Shown here one piece after another: positions 1-13,870 of a stretch of DNA of 64,000 nucleotides. Source of the DNA: Nageia nagi (taxonomy: Eukaryota; Plantae; Pinophyta); the NCBI GenBank assembly GCA_050084985.1, contig JBITNC010000001.1:98332001-98396000 (forward strand), given 5' to 3'. The first letter of the stretch is position 1. The number at the start of each line of letters is the position of its first letter. A program made the translations under genes and the position numbers. The notes under the pieces were generated by a model. The model was not told the DNA's origin, searched no databases, and saw only the letters and a program-made list of their open reading frames with translations.

Positions 1-949
1 AAACTTTCTGACCAAACATCCCACCTGCTTTAAGAACGAGTAGTAATCTCTCTCGATTGTATGAGCTTGGGATTAGGCATAGGCTATGATAAGTGTCGAG
101 GTAAATTCGTAGGACTAGTAGACACACATCGTAATGGAGCATGAGTGCAACTATGTGATCAACATTGGGGAGCTTCATGAGATATGCTTGATGAGGAGGA
201 AGCTCATTAGGTGGGACACAACTAATAGTGCAAGGAGCATTCCCCCAATGGTTTAGTAAGTTACATAATTAATGAACCTCCACATGAAATTTTTCAACCT
301 AAAATATAATCTGCAACCCATAATATTAGAAAATAGCAAATTTATCATCAAGAGAGAAGGTGGTCGAAGGGGCTTCTCAACCAAACACAATATTATTTCT
401 TATTTCCCAAGATGGTAGAGAATACTAGTTTTGAAAATATGCCAAACTTTGCCTAAGGGCTCTAAAAATTAAAGAGGGTCCCCTAGAATAGCATGAACCT
501 AAGAACAAGGAGACACTAAGAAAGGATTAAAAAAGGAAATAATCTAGTCCCAAGCCTACTAGTTCGTAGCACATGTAAGATCCAAACAAGATCTCAAGCA
601 ATAATCAACAAATTCAATTACAAAAACTTCAAGCTAGGACATCCACTTTATACTACAATAACCATAGTATGCCAATGTTGGGTCTCTTAAGTACAATAAC
701 ACCAAACAATGCCAATGAATGGCCAATACCAATAATATAGGACCACAAAAAGCTTATAATGCCAATGTATGGCTTACACATGCACAATAATGCCAAATAA
801 TGCCACAATATGAACACATACAACACAAATACTGAGATCTGAATGCCCATGGCTTATATTATGATATGGAATGAGCAACAATACAATACCAAGCCTAAGA
901 GGGCTAATGTCAACCTCTTAGGATCTAACTAGGGTCAGATGAAGTCACC

Positions 950-1503
950 TGCAATGCTAGATGGACGTGGGATAGTAGTGCCTCCTCACAACCTGATTCT
1001 TCTCTAGTGAAGGAGCCCTCCTCAAATTTGGATAGCCAAGTGAATGGTATGTAATCCACCTTGAAATACCATTGTATGGGAAAGGTGCTACACTAGTGCC
1101 ATAGGTTGTGAAGATCTCTCAGTCAGACAACCCTCTTAGGTGCTCCACCTAAGGAATACACTTAGAGTTGCATTAAGGTTGTGTCCATTGAAAGTTGTAG
1201 AAGTAAATGTATAATAATCAGTCTATCTAGCAAATGAGGCTCTAAGCCTCTTTATACACCTTTCTTGGTCCTATATCTCACCTTAAAATCACCACTAGGC
1301 TCTTAGGCCCCAACATTAGCCTCCAAAGGGCCTAGGATGCCTAACATGGGTGCTTAGGGATCAAGCATGCCAACGTGGGGTTTTGGGTGCCATAAATGCC
1401 AATGTAAGGTCAATGGGTGCCATTCATGCCCACTTAGGTCTAGGTGTGTGTGATGGGCCAACGTGGGGTCTAGGGGACTCCCCAAGGCTGGTGCAAGCTT
1501 ACA
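950..1503 (-). mobile_element. LTR of an LTR retrotransposon (~554 bp)
   Basis: Ends TGCAA...TTACA; minus-strand TATA-like GGTGTATAAAG near 1250-1260; minus-strand downstream GGTGACTTCATCTGACCC (PBS-like, 932-949); purine-rich GGATAGGAGAT immediately upstream on minus. 1-930 is probably leader/gag remnant. Confidence 0.55.
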
Positions 1504-1689
1504 ATCTCCTATCCAGACCATTTAAGTGCATTAAGAACTTGGGATTCCCATAATCAAATTTGGGATCTCCAAGTACACTTATCTAACCTATTCTACACTT
1601 ACATGGGAGATGTCCCACTAGGGGCTCATAGTGGGTCCATTGACCCATTAAATTCCTATCCCAAGTTACACACAACATAACACACTATT

Positions 1690-4600
1690 AATGCAATATC
1701 ACTAAGATGGGCCTTTTGCCCATTACAAATATTTTCTATGTTACAAGAGGGGCATCATAGCACATGACCAAAAAACATGGAGAAAGTATTTAAACTCTTA
1801 ACAAAAAGGAAAAGTAGGATTAACCACACCCAATACATGCACCAATGCCCAATGGTAAGATCTTGATGCAAAAGACTCCAAATGAAAAAACTTTGTTTAG
1901 GTTCAATATACTTAGCCTAAACACTAGAAAAATACAGGGACCAATGGGATTGGAAGGAAATAAGATCCTATCTAAGATTAAGAGTATGAACACATAGGGA
2001 CATTTGGAGAAATCCAAGAGTAACCATGATGAGGCTTATATTTATCAAAACCCATATGTCGAGGCCAAAACCAATCCAACCACCATTTCTTTTGAAAATA
2101 GAGGCCAAGCTTCTGCTAGATGGAAAAAGGATTTCTATCCACAACCAAATAAAAATTAGTTTTATCCTCTACTTTAAGTTTGAAAATGCACCAAAAGCAT
2201 CCCATGAATGCTAGGTTCTAGTTTGGGAATTAAAAAATTGAAGAATGGACTCAATTCCCTTCCTGCTCGAACCCATTGAACTTATGTAAGAAGTAAACCC
2301 TCATAAGAAAAAGCTTTGGACCACCAAATATTAAGCAAATCCAAAGAAGCACCTATAGACTTGCTTCAAATATGCCAACTAAGCTAGGGTCTAAGGGATT
2401 CCAAGGCTTTCTGGATGCTCTTAATTACAAAAGAACTTGGAATTCTGATAGCAACAAGAGAAGTGAGGAGGGTCTGAAGAGAAAGCCCATTATAATCTTT
2501 CTTGCCAAAAGGAAGCCTAAGCTTGCAAGCTTCATTTCACTCCAAAGCTCTCAAAATCCATTTTGGACACAAAGAAAACCTTTGAGAATTACAATTAAAA
2601 AGGCCCATGCCACCAACTATCCAGGGAAGATAATAACTTTCCTAGGCTACTATGTAAAATCCTCACTTGTGAAAATTACATTCCCATAGGAAATCCCTCA
2701 AGAACTTATCCAACTTTTGATAACAAGATTTGGAAGACACCCAATAGGAAGAATAGTAAACATGAGTGGAAGTGAGAACCTTAAAACAAATATGAAAATT
2801 TTTAGCTAAATATAACTTCTTGGTGGTATAGTAGCTCAACTTTTTCTCAACCTTTTGAACCAAAAAATTCCATAGCTAAGCAAGGGAGACCTGAAAGGCA
2901 AAAGGAATTCTAAGGAATTTGAACATTTTCTCCATTTTGAATCCATTTCTAGGGTAATTGAGCAAGCTAATCAGGATGGGATGCATGGATTGTTTGTAGC
3001 AAGAATATTTTTGCCATTGGATGCTGGACCCAAGCATTTCAAGGCAATTTTAAAAGATTGTTCATCCACTTGCAAAGTGAGAAATGAATCATCAACAAAA
3101 TGGCCATTCAAGAGTTGAGAATTGGGGAGGGAGGTGCCTTGACTAAAACCTTGAGAGGATTAATGGGGTAAAAGGTAACTAAAAGCTTCTACAACTAGGA
3201 TAAATAAGGAGGGAGAAAGAGGATAACCTTGGTAAACAAAGCATGCAATGGAAATACTTTCAAATTTGAAACCATTCATTGTGAGCACAATATAAGCCTC
3301 CCTAAAAAACATCTTGATAGAGGAAATAAAAGAAGGGTCAAACACAAGAGTTGTAAGCATAGTAGTGATAAAATACCATTCATCTGATCATAGGCCTTTT
3401 CAAAATCAATCTTAATAAATAAAGCATCTTGGTCTAAATAACGAGCCCATTCCATACCTTCCCAAACAATAATGACATTGTATAAAATATATTTACCTTT
3501 AACAAACCCTATTTATTTTGGACGAATAATCTAAGGTAAAAGGGGTTGAAGCTTGAGGACTAAAGTCTTGGAAATAATTTTATAGTTAACATTCAAAAGA
3601 GTAATTGGCCACCAATTAGTAATGTATTTTGGATCACCAGGCTTGGGTATAAACTTGATGTTACCCTTATTGAGCATGGGGCCTAGGGAACCCATATAAA
3701 GGGCCTCTTTGTGAACTTGAAAAAGATTTGGCCCAAACATGTTCCATAATTATTTATAAAATTCATAGGGAAATCCATCAATACTAGGGCTTTATCATTG
3801 GCCATCTAAGAAAGAGCAGTATTCAAATCATCTAAAGTAAGAGGTGTGTCACAAAAATTCCTTTGAGCTTGGGAGAGCTTATGAGGTATGACAACACAAC
3901 AATCCTCCAAGGATTGTTGATGACTTGGGAGAGAGGTTGGGAAGTAAATACCTTTTGATAATGAGCAACAAAGGTGGAGATAATCTCAAGAAGGGAGGTG
4001 AGGTGAACTCCATTAGACTGAATAGTAGTGAAGTGAGACACATGAATATGAGGATAAAGGCATCCAAAGAATTCTTTAGAGACTTTATCCCCAACATTAA
4101 GCCAATTAAGATGGGAATGAAGATGAGCACCATTAGCCTCATAAAGGTAAGATTTCTTGATTTCATGATTAAGGGATGCAATATATACTTGAGTAGGGCC
4201 ATAAAAAGGATTAGCTTCAAGAGTTTGGGTGGTCTGAGCAAGATCAACTTTGAGAATCTAATTGGACTTTCATCTTTGTTTAGCAAACTCAACCCTAAGG
4301 GTATGAAGAACCTTTATAGTAGTAAGGATAGAGTTGTTCCACCACTAAATCTAGCCAAAAGAGCCATAAGATCTTGGAATTGAGTACCAAATATGGTTAA
4401 TATGAGCTCTCATAGAATGAGACTACAGATAAGAGGTATTCAAGTAGAATTGAGAGATAAAAATCTGAACAAGAAGTTGATCAAAGGAAATAACAAAGAG
4501 AATAAGAGAATGATCAGAGAATTTTGTATCAGGTATCCTCGAGATAAAATGAAGGGCAAGGGAGAGTCTCTCAAATTGAAAAAAATCACTCTCAGATAGC

Positions 4601-5400
4601 ATAGCTCTATCAAGCATTTTAAGAATATAGGTGGACTTAGCTTGGAAGTTAGACTAGGTAAACCAATGCACTTCTAAAAAATTAGATGGAAAGAAGCCAA
4701 CATTAAGATCAAACATACTAAGCTTATTTTTTCATAAAAAACCAAGCCTCTCTTTCCCTAGATTCCACCACATGGGGTTTTGACTTTTCTTGTCAAGAGG
4801 TTTTTCCACCATGTTAAAATCATAGGAGAGGATCCATGTTGCAAAGGGAAGAGAGATGGCAAGACAAAACTATAAATATCTTCTATCATGAGCATTATTA
4901 GAAGCATAAATATTGATACTACCAAAAGGCTTCCCCAAGATTTCGAGCGAAACCCAGACAACTTGCTATGAAGGGTTAGTCCCCCAAGAAACCACATTAG
5001 ATTTCTACTTGGAAGAGATGAAAGTGATAGCACCACCTTTCCCAATCAAATGATTGGTATGTAAAAAGGGCCCCCATGGCCAAAGAAAAAAATAGGTACA
5101 TTGCAGAATAAAATTAATAATTTTAAATTCTTGTAAATAAACAAAGTCAAACATTCCATAAGAGTGAGTGATATCATCAAGCTCACCTTGGATCGTGTAC
5201 TTAAGGGTTGGGTCTGTCAACCCTCTTACATTACAAGAGAAACAAATCATTGAGAATCTATTGGGAAGGAAACTTTTCCTCTTACCTAGCAATCACCTAG
5301 ATGATCAAGATGGAAAAGTGACCCAATATGTAGGTGAGAACATGTTACTAAACTCCTCTTATAAGGATTGATACCCCAAGGTTTCTATTGGAAAGCTCAT
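1690..5400 (-). mobile_element. Decayed L1-type LINE ORF2 (endonuclease - reverse transcriptase - C-terminal region), plus the end of ORF1
   Basis: Minus-strand pieces: MICFSCNVRGL...YLQEFK (APE endonuclease start, ~5250), FSDHS (EN end), LNKGNIKFIPK...NWWPITLLNVNYKIISK, KIDFEKAY, QGYPLSPSLFIL, HFVDDSFL (3088-3099, FADD equivalent), LDKFLRDFLW. Many stops and frameshifts. Confidence 0.92.
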
Positions 5401-6622
5401 GTCATTAATACAATCTTGAAATTGTTTGTGTAGGTATTGTTTGGGAATCAACTAAGTGGTGTAGTAGAGGTAGTAACTGTTAACACACATTTTGTGGGAT
5501 TGGGATGTCTTATCTTGCAATAGTTCAAAAGTTGCTATAAGTTTTAAAGAAAGTGTAAAATAAAGAAAAGAAAAGTGAATGAGAATGTTTTGATACTGGT
5601 GATATGACAAAGAAAAGGTCATAGTGAAGCAGTGTCTAAGGTTTCTCACTTCTAGATCATTCAAGAAATCTCATTCAAAGTCCTCCAACCTAAAAATAAA
5701 ATAACCTAAGTCCATTCTATTCTTAAGAGGAGCGGGGAGCCAAGTTGACTGTTGGTACTCTGCAAGTAGGACTGATGCAATCAAAAGAAAGACACAACAT
5801 AACAAGTGCCTAAAAACTTTGTTTCGAATAAGGAAATCTAATTTGATGTCATATAATGAAGAAATCCTCATAATACACCCACTTACTATGTAAATTATGG
5901 ATGGGAAATGATTTGGAATGATTCAAAAACTTTTAAAAATTTTCAATTTTTTTTTTCTAAAATTAAAAAATTTTCAAGGAAAAACGTGAGATTCTAAATC
6001 ATTCTAAAAGATCCAAAATGGTCAAATCCATAATCTCACAAATGATAAATCTCTTTGTTTCAAGTATTCCTCCACTTTGTATTAAATTCATATGAAAATT
6101 ACAAGGATACATGAATTTGTCAATTTTCTACAAATTTGCACTAAAAACATTCTTCTTCAAAAGTGACCCCTTATGGTCTATTTATAGACTTTTTAGGTCA
6201 AATTTGAGAGTGTTTCCCTAATTCTTAAAAAAGCTTAAAAATTCTATTTTGAATTCTAAATTGAGATTAGAATGTCATTTTAATAGAAGAATAATACTCA
6301 TCCCACTAAAATATGCTAAAAATAAAATATTTACAAAAATTGATGCCCTCTAGCACATATTTCAAGGTGTTTTGCATCAATTTGGCAAAATTTGGAGCTT
6401 CAAATCATCATTCTAGATCTTTCTATCAGTATTTTGAGCTCCTTTTTTTAACTATGGATTTGCCTATGATGTGATCATTTTGGCAAAATTTCAAGGAATT
6501 CTAAGAGGATTTTTGGAAAAGTGGATTTTTTGGTATATTTTTCAAAAATATGGGTGGGGTCCAAAATTCTTTAAAATTTTGCACAAACTGCCATGAATAG
6601 CTTAATGGATAAGGTCACAACA
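5400..6622 (-). mobile_element. Probable 3' LTR of a gypsy-like element truncating the LINE 5' end
   Basis: Minus strand starts TGTTGTGACC (6622) after an A/G-rich tract, has CTATAAATAG near 6180-6190 and ends ...TAATGACA at ~5400; LINE homology stops at this point. Confidence 0.5.
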
Positions 6623-6859
6623 TCATTTGTACTCTTTGATGTTAAGTGTCTTCGATTTTTGGTTTCATAAGAGTAAAGTTTTGTTGCATTGCTCCTTTTT
6701 AGTTTTCAGCACAATGATGCTACTCTGCATTGATAAAAGGGAAATATTCTTTAAGGAAATATTTATTCCATTGTGTGAGAAGCCTTATTATGAAATCATC
6801 TAGTATCTATATGATAAAATTGGTAAAAAAATGAATCCATCCTTTGGAAAAACTTAATT

Positions 6860-7600
6860 TCGAACCTACTCCCATTTTAGACATCATAGGAGTTTGTTTT
6901 CCCTATTTTTTCCTTTGATTGCAAAGGGTGACTCAACTTTTTAAAGATTCCCATATTGTAGTAAGAGGAATTGAGCCATTAAGCCCTGCGAATGAGTGAG
7001 TAGGTTTTGTAGGGGGCGGGCACTTGGGAGAAGTTTCATGGCATGAGCTAGCACCATGTGCTACATGCTTTCCATTTTTTTTGAATAGTTTTCATTTTAT
7101 TTTGGTGAATCCTAACCTATGAGGGTCTCCTTCAATCCATTATAAGGTCCATTCAATTACCTCACTACTCTTCTCACAATGTGCAAATAATAGTTCCACT
7201 CTTTATAAGTTTTCGGAGCAAGCAACCAAGTTACTATGGATGCCTAAGAGGAAAACAAGCATGGATACCTCATACTGATCATAGAGTCTATGAGTATCAC
7301 CTCTAATACCATTATACAAATCTCTATTACCAAAATTTTCCTTAGCTATGTCTTTGACGTTGCCTATACGATGGTAGTCGAGCTTGGTTGAGGCATCCCT
7401 CATTTGTATTTTGGATAGGTAATGTGTAGGTATATTCCTTGAATCCAAATGCACCTCATGTTGGCATCCAATCCTTGGATAAAGGATAAAGGCAAAGGTT
7501 AGTGATCCTTGGACTTGAGATGGTAAAGAAAAAGAGAAGGATCAAGAGGACCTTGCTGCAGTTGTGGATGTTCCAAAATGCTTGCAGACAAGCAATTTGA
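6860..7600 (-). pseudogene. Degenerate retroelement accessory ORF upstream of the 3' LTR
   Basis: ORF 7203-7454 (-) and in-frame coding-like flanks (...LVACSEN..., KRPH.LGFTKIK); no domain identified; position just inside the LTR suggests an extra retroelement ORF. Confidence 0.3.
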
Positions 7601-8689
7601 GGAGGGCAAAATTTTAATATCCCCATTTTTAGGTGTTTTCTTCATTTCACCTCTGATAAATGGGACATTAATTTATAAATGTTTTTTTCAATATTTGTAT
7701 ATTTGGCCAAAATGATATAAATTCCATTTAAAAACTTAATAAAGTTCTAATTATGGAATAAATGACCCTTTTATTTATTTATTGATTTTTATTTATTTAT
7801 TTTCTAAAATTATAATAAAATTAGTCTCATTAAACAAGGCATTGCATATTTTAGCCTTGATGATTGTAAAATTGGTATTAAATGTATCTTTAGTCATTAA
7901 TGCGTCTCTCTTTGAGGTAGAGCATCCCCCTAGGTGATTGCACTAACTACAAGGATATTTGGAGCTCTAAGGATGGACTTGGCATTTTTAATTAAGCATT
8001 GGTAATCTTGAGGCAAGTAGACTACTCTAGAATGTGGATGTTGGTCATGGAAGTATCCCAAGATCCAAGTTGGCCTTCCTAGGCACATAGATCGATGATA
8101 TCGATCATGATATATCCCATTATCACACTATATTCTTCCAAAATTACACTCTAAGGATGGGATAATGCTCTATAATTCTTTATTATTTCATTATTTTCAA
8201 TAAATCATACTTAAGTCCTACTTCCTTATCCCCTTTCACATGTATTTAGCCTCTTTGTAAATATTATCTCAAGTCTAAAGAGCTACAGGTATTGTCAATA
8301 TCCATGAACTATTTATGTATATGTGAGTCTTAGGTATGTTAATTCAAAAAGTGTAGTTGCTATCTAGTGAGTGTTGTGGTAAATCTTGAGAATAGACATC
8401 AGTTGATTCAACTGTCTTTTCATGAACTCTATGTATAGAAGAGTCAGTTTATAGATTTTTATCTAAGTCACAATCAGGAACAAATGTATCATATCCGGGT
8501 AATACTATAATATATAAGGGAAGTATACATCTGAGTCAAGTCCAAGAGTTATTGTAAATATAAGTGAGGGTCATATCTACATTTCTAGTGAGAGATGTTA
8601 GAGCTTGCCATTATTCAGAAAGTCTAACTCAACAATCAGAATTTATAGAAAATATTTCAAGTAGATCAATTACATATTATCAATTTTCA

Positions 8690-8960
8690 TTAGTGATGTC
8701 ACCATTTTTAAGTAAAATTAGCAGGTCCTAGGATAAGTAATAATGAAGTAGTATTTCATTCAGCAAGAGATATTTTATAAAAGAACATATAGGACCCATC
8801 GATTTTGAGTAATGATGTCAGAACTTTTAGCTAAAATCAATAGGTCTTGGGATAAAGAATAACAAGAAATACTACTTAAAGATAATCAAATAAAGCCCAT
8901 TGATTTCAAATGATAACATAATACATTTTTGTTGAAATTCATGGGTATTAAGATAAGCTT
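8690..8960. repeat. Three degenerate ~120-bp tandem units
   Basis: Recurrent (T)AGTGATGTCA..TTTT...AAAAT.A..AGGTC.T.GGATAA at ~8691, ~8810, ~8920. Confidence 0.55.
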
Positions 8961-9883
8961 GATCATCACTAGAACTCAGTTAGGAGAGACAAAACCTGCT
9001 AGACTAAAAGAAGAATAATGGGTAAGATGCAATTCTCGAGTCCACTTAATCTTAAGTGTTTGAATTTTGAGGCTTTGTCAATGTGTCAACTATGACTCAT
9101 TTCCACATGATAATAGCAATTTTTTCTTGGATTTCAATGATATAATGTACATTTCCTTCATTATTCCATGCAACCAAAAATATAGTGCTGATCATTAATA
9201 AGTAATGGAGAAGTAGATAGCTATCGATAGAGCATAATGTTAGATTGTACTAATCAAATTACATACAAGTGCATCTTCAATAAGCTATAGAACTAGGAGA
9301 AAGTAGTCAATGATAAATTAAAAAGATTACAGCTCAGTCAGTACAACAGCTCAAAAATTTCAAATTCCCAAACTATGGTGATGTTGGTACTTGACTACTA
9401 TGTAATTTGACATAGTTGTGATATTAATTGTAAATAATTTTCCTTACAATTTTCAATCATGGGGAGTATTTATGAATATTAATGATAGACAACCACTTAG
9501 TTGGGATGTATATGTATAAATAGTGGACTGTTATAAGTCCTAAATATTGGATATTTTAGCAAATTTGCCTAAGTATATAAGATTCTTTTGTAAATGATAA
9601 TGCTTTGCCTTTTTCAACAAATGATTATGAGACCTTAAGGGTAAGATAGTTTGCTATTCTTAATCTTGGTTATGGATTGCTACCTATGTTGTAGTGCCCA
9701 GGCTACATAGTTTTTTGTTTAAGTTTAATGTATTCATCTCTTTCCTATTACTCTTCACCTTTTGTTTCTTTCTTATTACTTTCAACCTTCATAATTTATA
9801 GAAACTAGCCTACAACCCAGAGATTGAGCAAAAACTTAACATGAGCATGTCCCCACCACTTTTAGCTCTCTCAAGCACCCTAC

Positions 9884-10896
9884 TGTTGTGGGAAATGTAG
9901 AACATGAACAAACCAAACCCTTGAGGTTACATTATACTGATCAAAACACCCCTCTTGGATGTTGGCTTCATGACCCTTGGATGTGATTTCACTTATCCCA
10001 AGGCTCTTCATCTTGGATATTGCATACATGAGCATACTGATCACATATCTCCATTGTTAGATCATCCTAATGTAAGATTAGAAGATGATCACCCTCACCT
10101 ATAAAAGGAGAACTCATAATCATTATGGGATGTGCTGAATTTGATTATAAAACCGTTATTTTTGAGTAAGTAGAGACTCTATCTTAGCCACTTGTGGGGT
10201 GAATTGCATTTGAGATATCAAGGGGAGAAAAGGATACCTTCAAACATACTCTAGTATTTTGAGAGGAATGCTATTGGTTCCATAATAGTTGTTGCATAGG
10301 AGACATGGTCTTGCCTCATTGATTTTGGTATTGGTGAGGCCTTAGAGCCATCCAAAATAACCCTATAGGAGATAGTCCTAGTATAAACTCCATAGGTTGG
10401 AAAAAATATTGTAATTACAATTTATCATTGCTTATCATTATAATTACTTTTTTTGTCAAAATATTGCTATTTATCTCTTTATTCTTGGACATTGGAATTG
10501 GAAGCATTTTTTCATTATTGAATTACCATTTTTCCTTCCTGGTTGCAACATTTGATTTGGAGTGCTATTTTCATTGTCCGATTCATATTTCAACTCTCCA
10601 ATTGGGACATTGGGTTTGTGGAGCATTTTTTCATTATTAAATTCTCATTTTTCCTTTTGCTTAAGTTGTTAGAATATTAGAGATATTTGCTTGTATTTAT
10701 TTTGTAATTGCTCTTCATAGTTGGACACTGGGGTTTGAAGGTATTTTGTACAAGTTCATTTTGAATCTTTCATTCCTAGTAAGTCATTGGATATTTGTGC
10801 ATGTTTGAGCTTATTTTGGCCAGTTTGAAATCCAAAAACCAAACGTCCCTCTCCTAGGGCACATTTGAGGAGTGAGCCCAAAAATAGGTCACCTCA
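9884..10896 (+). mobile_element. Solo-LTR-like sequence with internal ~118-bp triplication
   Basis: Starts TGTTGTGGG, CCTATAAAAGG at ~10098, ends GGTCACCTCA; TTGGACA.TGG..TT...GCATTTTTTCATTATT repeated at ~10484, 10603, 10721. No TSD found. Confidence 0.4.
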
Positions 10897-10964
10897 GCTT
10901 TTATTATTACTTTTTTAAATAAAAATATACATTAGCCTTAACATCAACATAGGCTCATACTTTA

Positions 10965-11150
10965 ATACAATTTCATGGACTACAATGATTAGAGGATATA
11001 TAATTATAGGCTATAATAAGAATCATTTGTAGATGGGGGTTGTAAGTACTTTAATAGCAAGAGTGAATCTTATTTCATGATTCTTGGGATGATTCATTAT
11101 ATATGCATTGATGATTTTCTAGGGTAGAAGGGAAGTTGATAAATTATTAT
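10965..11150 (+). pseudogene. PLS-class PPR fragment (C-terminal P2/S2-type motifs)
   Basis: ISWT.MIRGY then DGGCKYFNSKSESYFMILGMIHYICIDDFLG, matching the DEG..YF..M...Y...P...HY.C.VDLLGR signature. Confidence 0.7.
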
Positions 11151-11324
11151 GATGAATCATTATACAATAAAATATGAACTTCCTTGCCATCCTAGAAGCT
11201 TACCATTCTCCTTCCACATCATATGCAAACTGTAACTCATCCTATAACATGTGAATGAGATCAAACCATAATAAATAAATTATATACTTACATAATTCTA
11301 ACAAGTGAATGACATCAAATCATT

Positions 11325-11860
11325 TACTTGATATAGTATCATGGACTTAATGATCGCAAGATATCCAAAAAATGATTTTTCTGAAAAGGTCATACAAACA
11401 TTGAAGCATATGTAATGGTTTGGTGTAAAGACTAGTTTATATTTAATAATATATGCAACAACCTTCTCTAAATGTATGCTAGGTATGGTATCCTTGTAGA
11501 TTCTTATAGTTCTTTTGATGGAATGATTGAGAGAGATGTAGAATATAGTGATTGCAACTTATAAAAATATAGGCTTTATAAGAATGCATTGGCCGTCTTC
11601 CACCAAATGCAAAGAAGTCTTGTTCCACCCAAAAAATTAATCTTTTCTACTATTATTCTTGCATGTGCCAACTCAAAATCATAGGAAGAGGGTCTTGATA
11701 TGTATAAAATAAAATTTAAAAGTGATTTTCATTCAATTTTTATTTGGGAAAATGATTTAATAGGCATGTGTGTTAAGTTTGAGAACATACAAAAATATTG
11801 TGATATATTTTACAAAATAAAGGACAAAAACATAATCTTATGGAATGCAAAAATTACAAC
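11325..11860 (+). pseudogene. PLS-class PPR fragment
   Basis: DIVSWT.MIARYPKNDFSEKVIQTLKHM*WFGVK; MYARYGILVDSYSSFDGMIERDV; NALAVFHQMQRSLVPPKKLIFSTIILACAN; IFYKIKDKNIILWNA. Confidence 0.88.
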
Positions 11861-12479
11861 TAAAGCTATAAGGCGATAAAAATTTACTAAAGTTCATAAA
11901 TAGTGTAAAAAAGATGACAATCAATTAGTGTTTAGTTTTCTTTTTATTATTCATACTACTTTGTTCTTTTAAATGTCATAGAACACCAATTCTACTCCTG
12001 ATTGTTTGCAATAAACTTGTAAAATTAATAACTATTAAAAATGAATAACATTATACATAATTATATTAAAAACATTTTTGAAGAACATTACCTCTTTTTC
12101 GAATCTTGTAATTCTTCCTCTGCATCCACTTTGAACATCATCACATTATATCAAATTTTTTTTGAGCTTGTGAAGAGAATGTTGTACAAAGAATTTGCTG
12201 CAAAAAATGGAAGTTAATGATTTGAGCTTATGTAAAATGTTGTAAAAAATATCTTGGAGATGATGAACATGGATTGGAAGCAATCAATGTTTGTTACCCT
12301 CAAGAACGTGGATTAGTTTCTATCCATGGTCATCACCCCTAATATGCTTTTCATAACATTATGTTGAAACTCAAATCATTAACCTTCATTGTTTGTAATG
12401 ATTAGTTTCTATAGTATTCAATTCACAAGCTGAAAAAAATAGTAATAATAAGTAACGATGTCTCTAGAAGGGAAAATAT

Positions 12480-13222
12480 AGAATGTTGATGAAGATTCTC
12501 TTTACTTCACACATGTTTGGCATCAAATTATGCATCCATCACATTAAATTATTTACAACCCTCATGTTATATGGATGCAAAATATGGATGGATACATAAA
12601 TATTGAGAATTATATGTCAATATGTATGATGCAAATATAATTTCATGGAATGTGACAATTGCAAGATATACATAAAATGGATAAGTTAAAAGGGATGGTG
12701 AATTTTTTGACAATAGGCCTTAATTAAAATCAATATAACAACAAGATCGTGATAGTAAAAAACTTAACTAAAATAAATTATTTACTTGAAAAAGCTTCAT
12801 TATATAGATGTAAAATGTGGAAGAATACACAAATCTTGGGAATTGTTTATCAATATGCATGATGCAAATGTAGTTTCATGGAATGCAATGATCACATGAT
12901 ATGCACAAAATGGATCCATTGAAAAGAATCATGAATTATTTGACAAAATACCTCATCAAAATGTCTCATGGATTGCAATGATTGTAGGATATGCAAAAAA
13001 AGATTTTATGAAAAGGCCTTAGAAACTTTTTAGTAGATTCAATGGTCAGGTGTAAAGATAAACTCTGTAACCTTTGTTAGCGTTCTTCCAACATGTGCCA
13101 ACATGGAAGATTTAGAAGAAGGCATGTATATCCATCAAAGTGTAGTTGAAAATAGTTTTTCATTGAATGTTATGGTTGTGAATGCCTTGATTTACATGTA
13201 TGCAAAAAGTGAAAGAATACAA
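12480..13222 (+). pseudogene. PLS-class PPR fragment
   Basis: KCGRIHKSWELFINMHDANVVSWNAMIT*YAQNGSIEKNHELFDKIPHQNVSWIAMIVGYA...EKALETF...SGVKINSVTFVSVLPTCANMEDLEEGMYIHQSVVENSFSLNVMVVNALIYMYAK; stops and frameshifts present. Confidence 0.93.
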
Positions 13223-13870
13223 GCTAGGGTTTCATCTAATTTTGTGAAAGAATAAAAGCTAGGATTTTGTTGAATGTTGTGGTTATGAATTCAAGCTAGG
13301 ATTTTCATCAAATATTATGGTTGTGAATGGCATGATAAAGAATCGAATGTTGTGGTTGTGAAATTAAGATACATTTTTAATTGAACATTGTATTTATGAA
13401 TACCATGAAAAATAAGTATGTAAAACAAAATAGGAATGAGGCATAAAAAACTTACTTCAAGTGGAAAAAATTACAGATTGAAATCCTGAACGACTGTTGC
13501 TCATTTGAAAATTGTAGATTGACATGTATGTAAAATGTGTAAGAATACAAGCTAGGGTTTTATTGAATGTTATGGAAAAATACAAGCTAGGGTTTCATCA
13601 AATGTTATGGTTATAAATTCAAGCTAGAATTTAATCAAATGTTATGGTTGTGAAATCAAGCTAGGGAATTTGTCGAACATTGATATTGTGAATGCCATGA
13701 TAAATAATAAAATGTTGTAATTGTGAATTCAAGATAGGGTTTTAATCAAACATTATGGTTATGAATGCCATTATAAACAAGTATGCAAAAAAAAAGGAAT
13801 AAGTATAAACTTATTTATAATAGAAACAAAATTGCAAATTGAAATTGGGAACCACCATTGCTCGTTCGAT
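13190..13870. repeat. PPR-derived ~37-bp minisatellite arranged in two higher-order blocks
   Basis: About nine units like AAGCTAGGGTTTCATCAAATGTTATGGTTGTGAATTC starting near 13221, 13256, 13293, 13366, 13549, 13584, 13621, 13658, 13731; both blocks begin ...ACATGTATG.AAAA.GTG.AAGAATACAAGCTAGGG. Confidence 0.85.

Noticed and set aside
3925-4599. Longest + strand ORFs (152 aa and 68 aa)
   Set aside because: Antisense shadows of the minus-strand LINE ORF2.
10965-13222. Functional PPR editing-factor gene
   Set aside because: Multiple stops and frameshifts, scrambled motif order, no continuous ORF or DYW domain.
13221-13745. Interstitial telomere array
   Set aside because: TAGGGTTT occurs only singly within longer units, not as tandem TTTAGGG.
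13221-13800. CRISPR-like repeat/spacer appearance
   Set aside because: Units are degenerate tandem copies without unique spacers; eukaryotic context and no cas genes.
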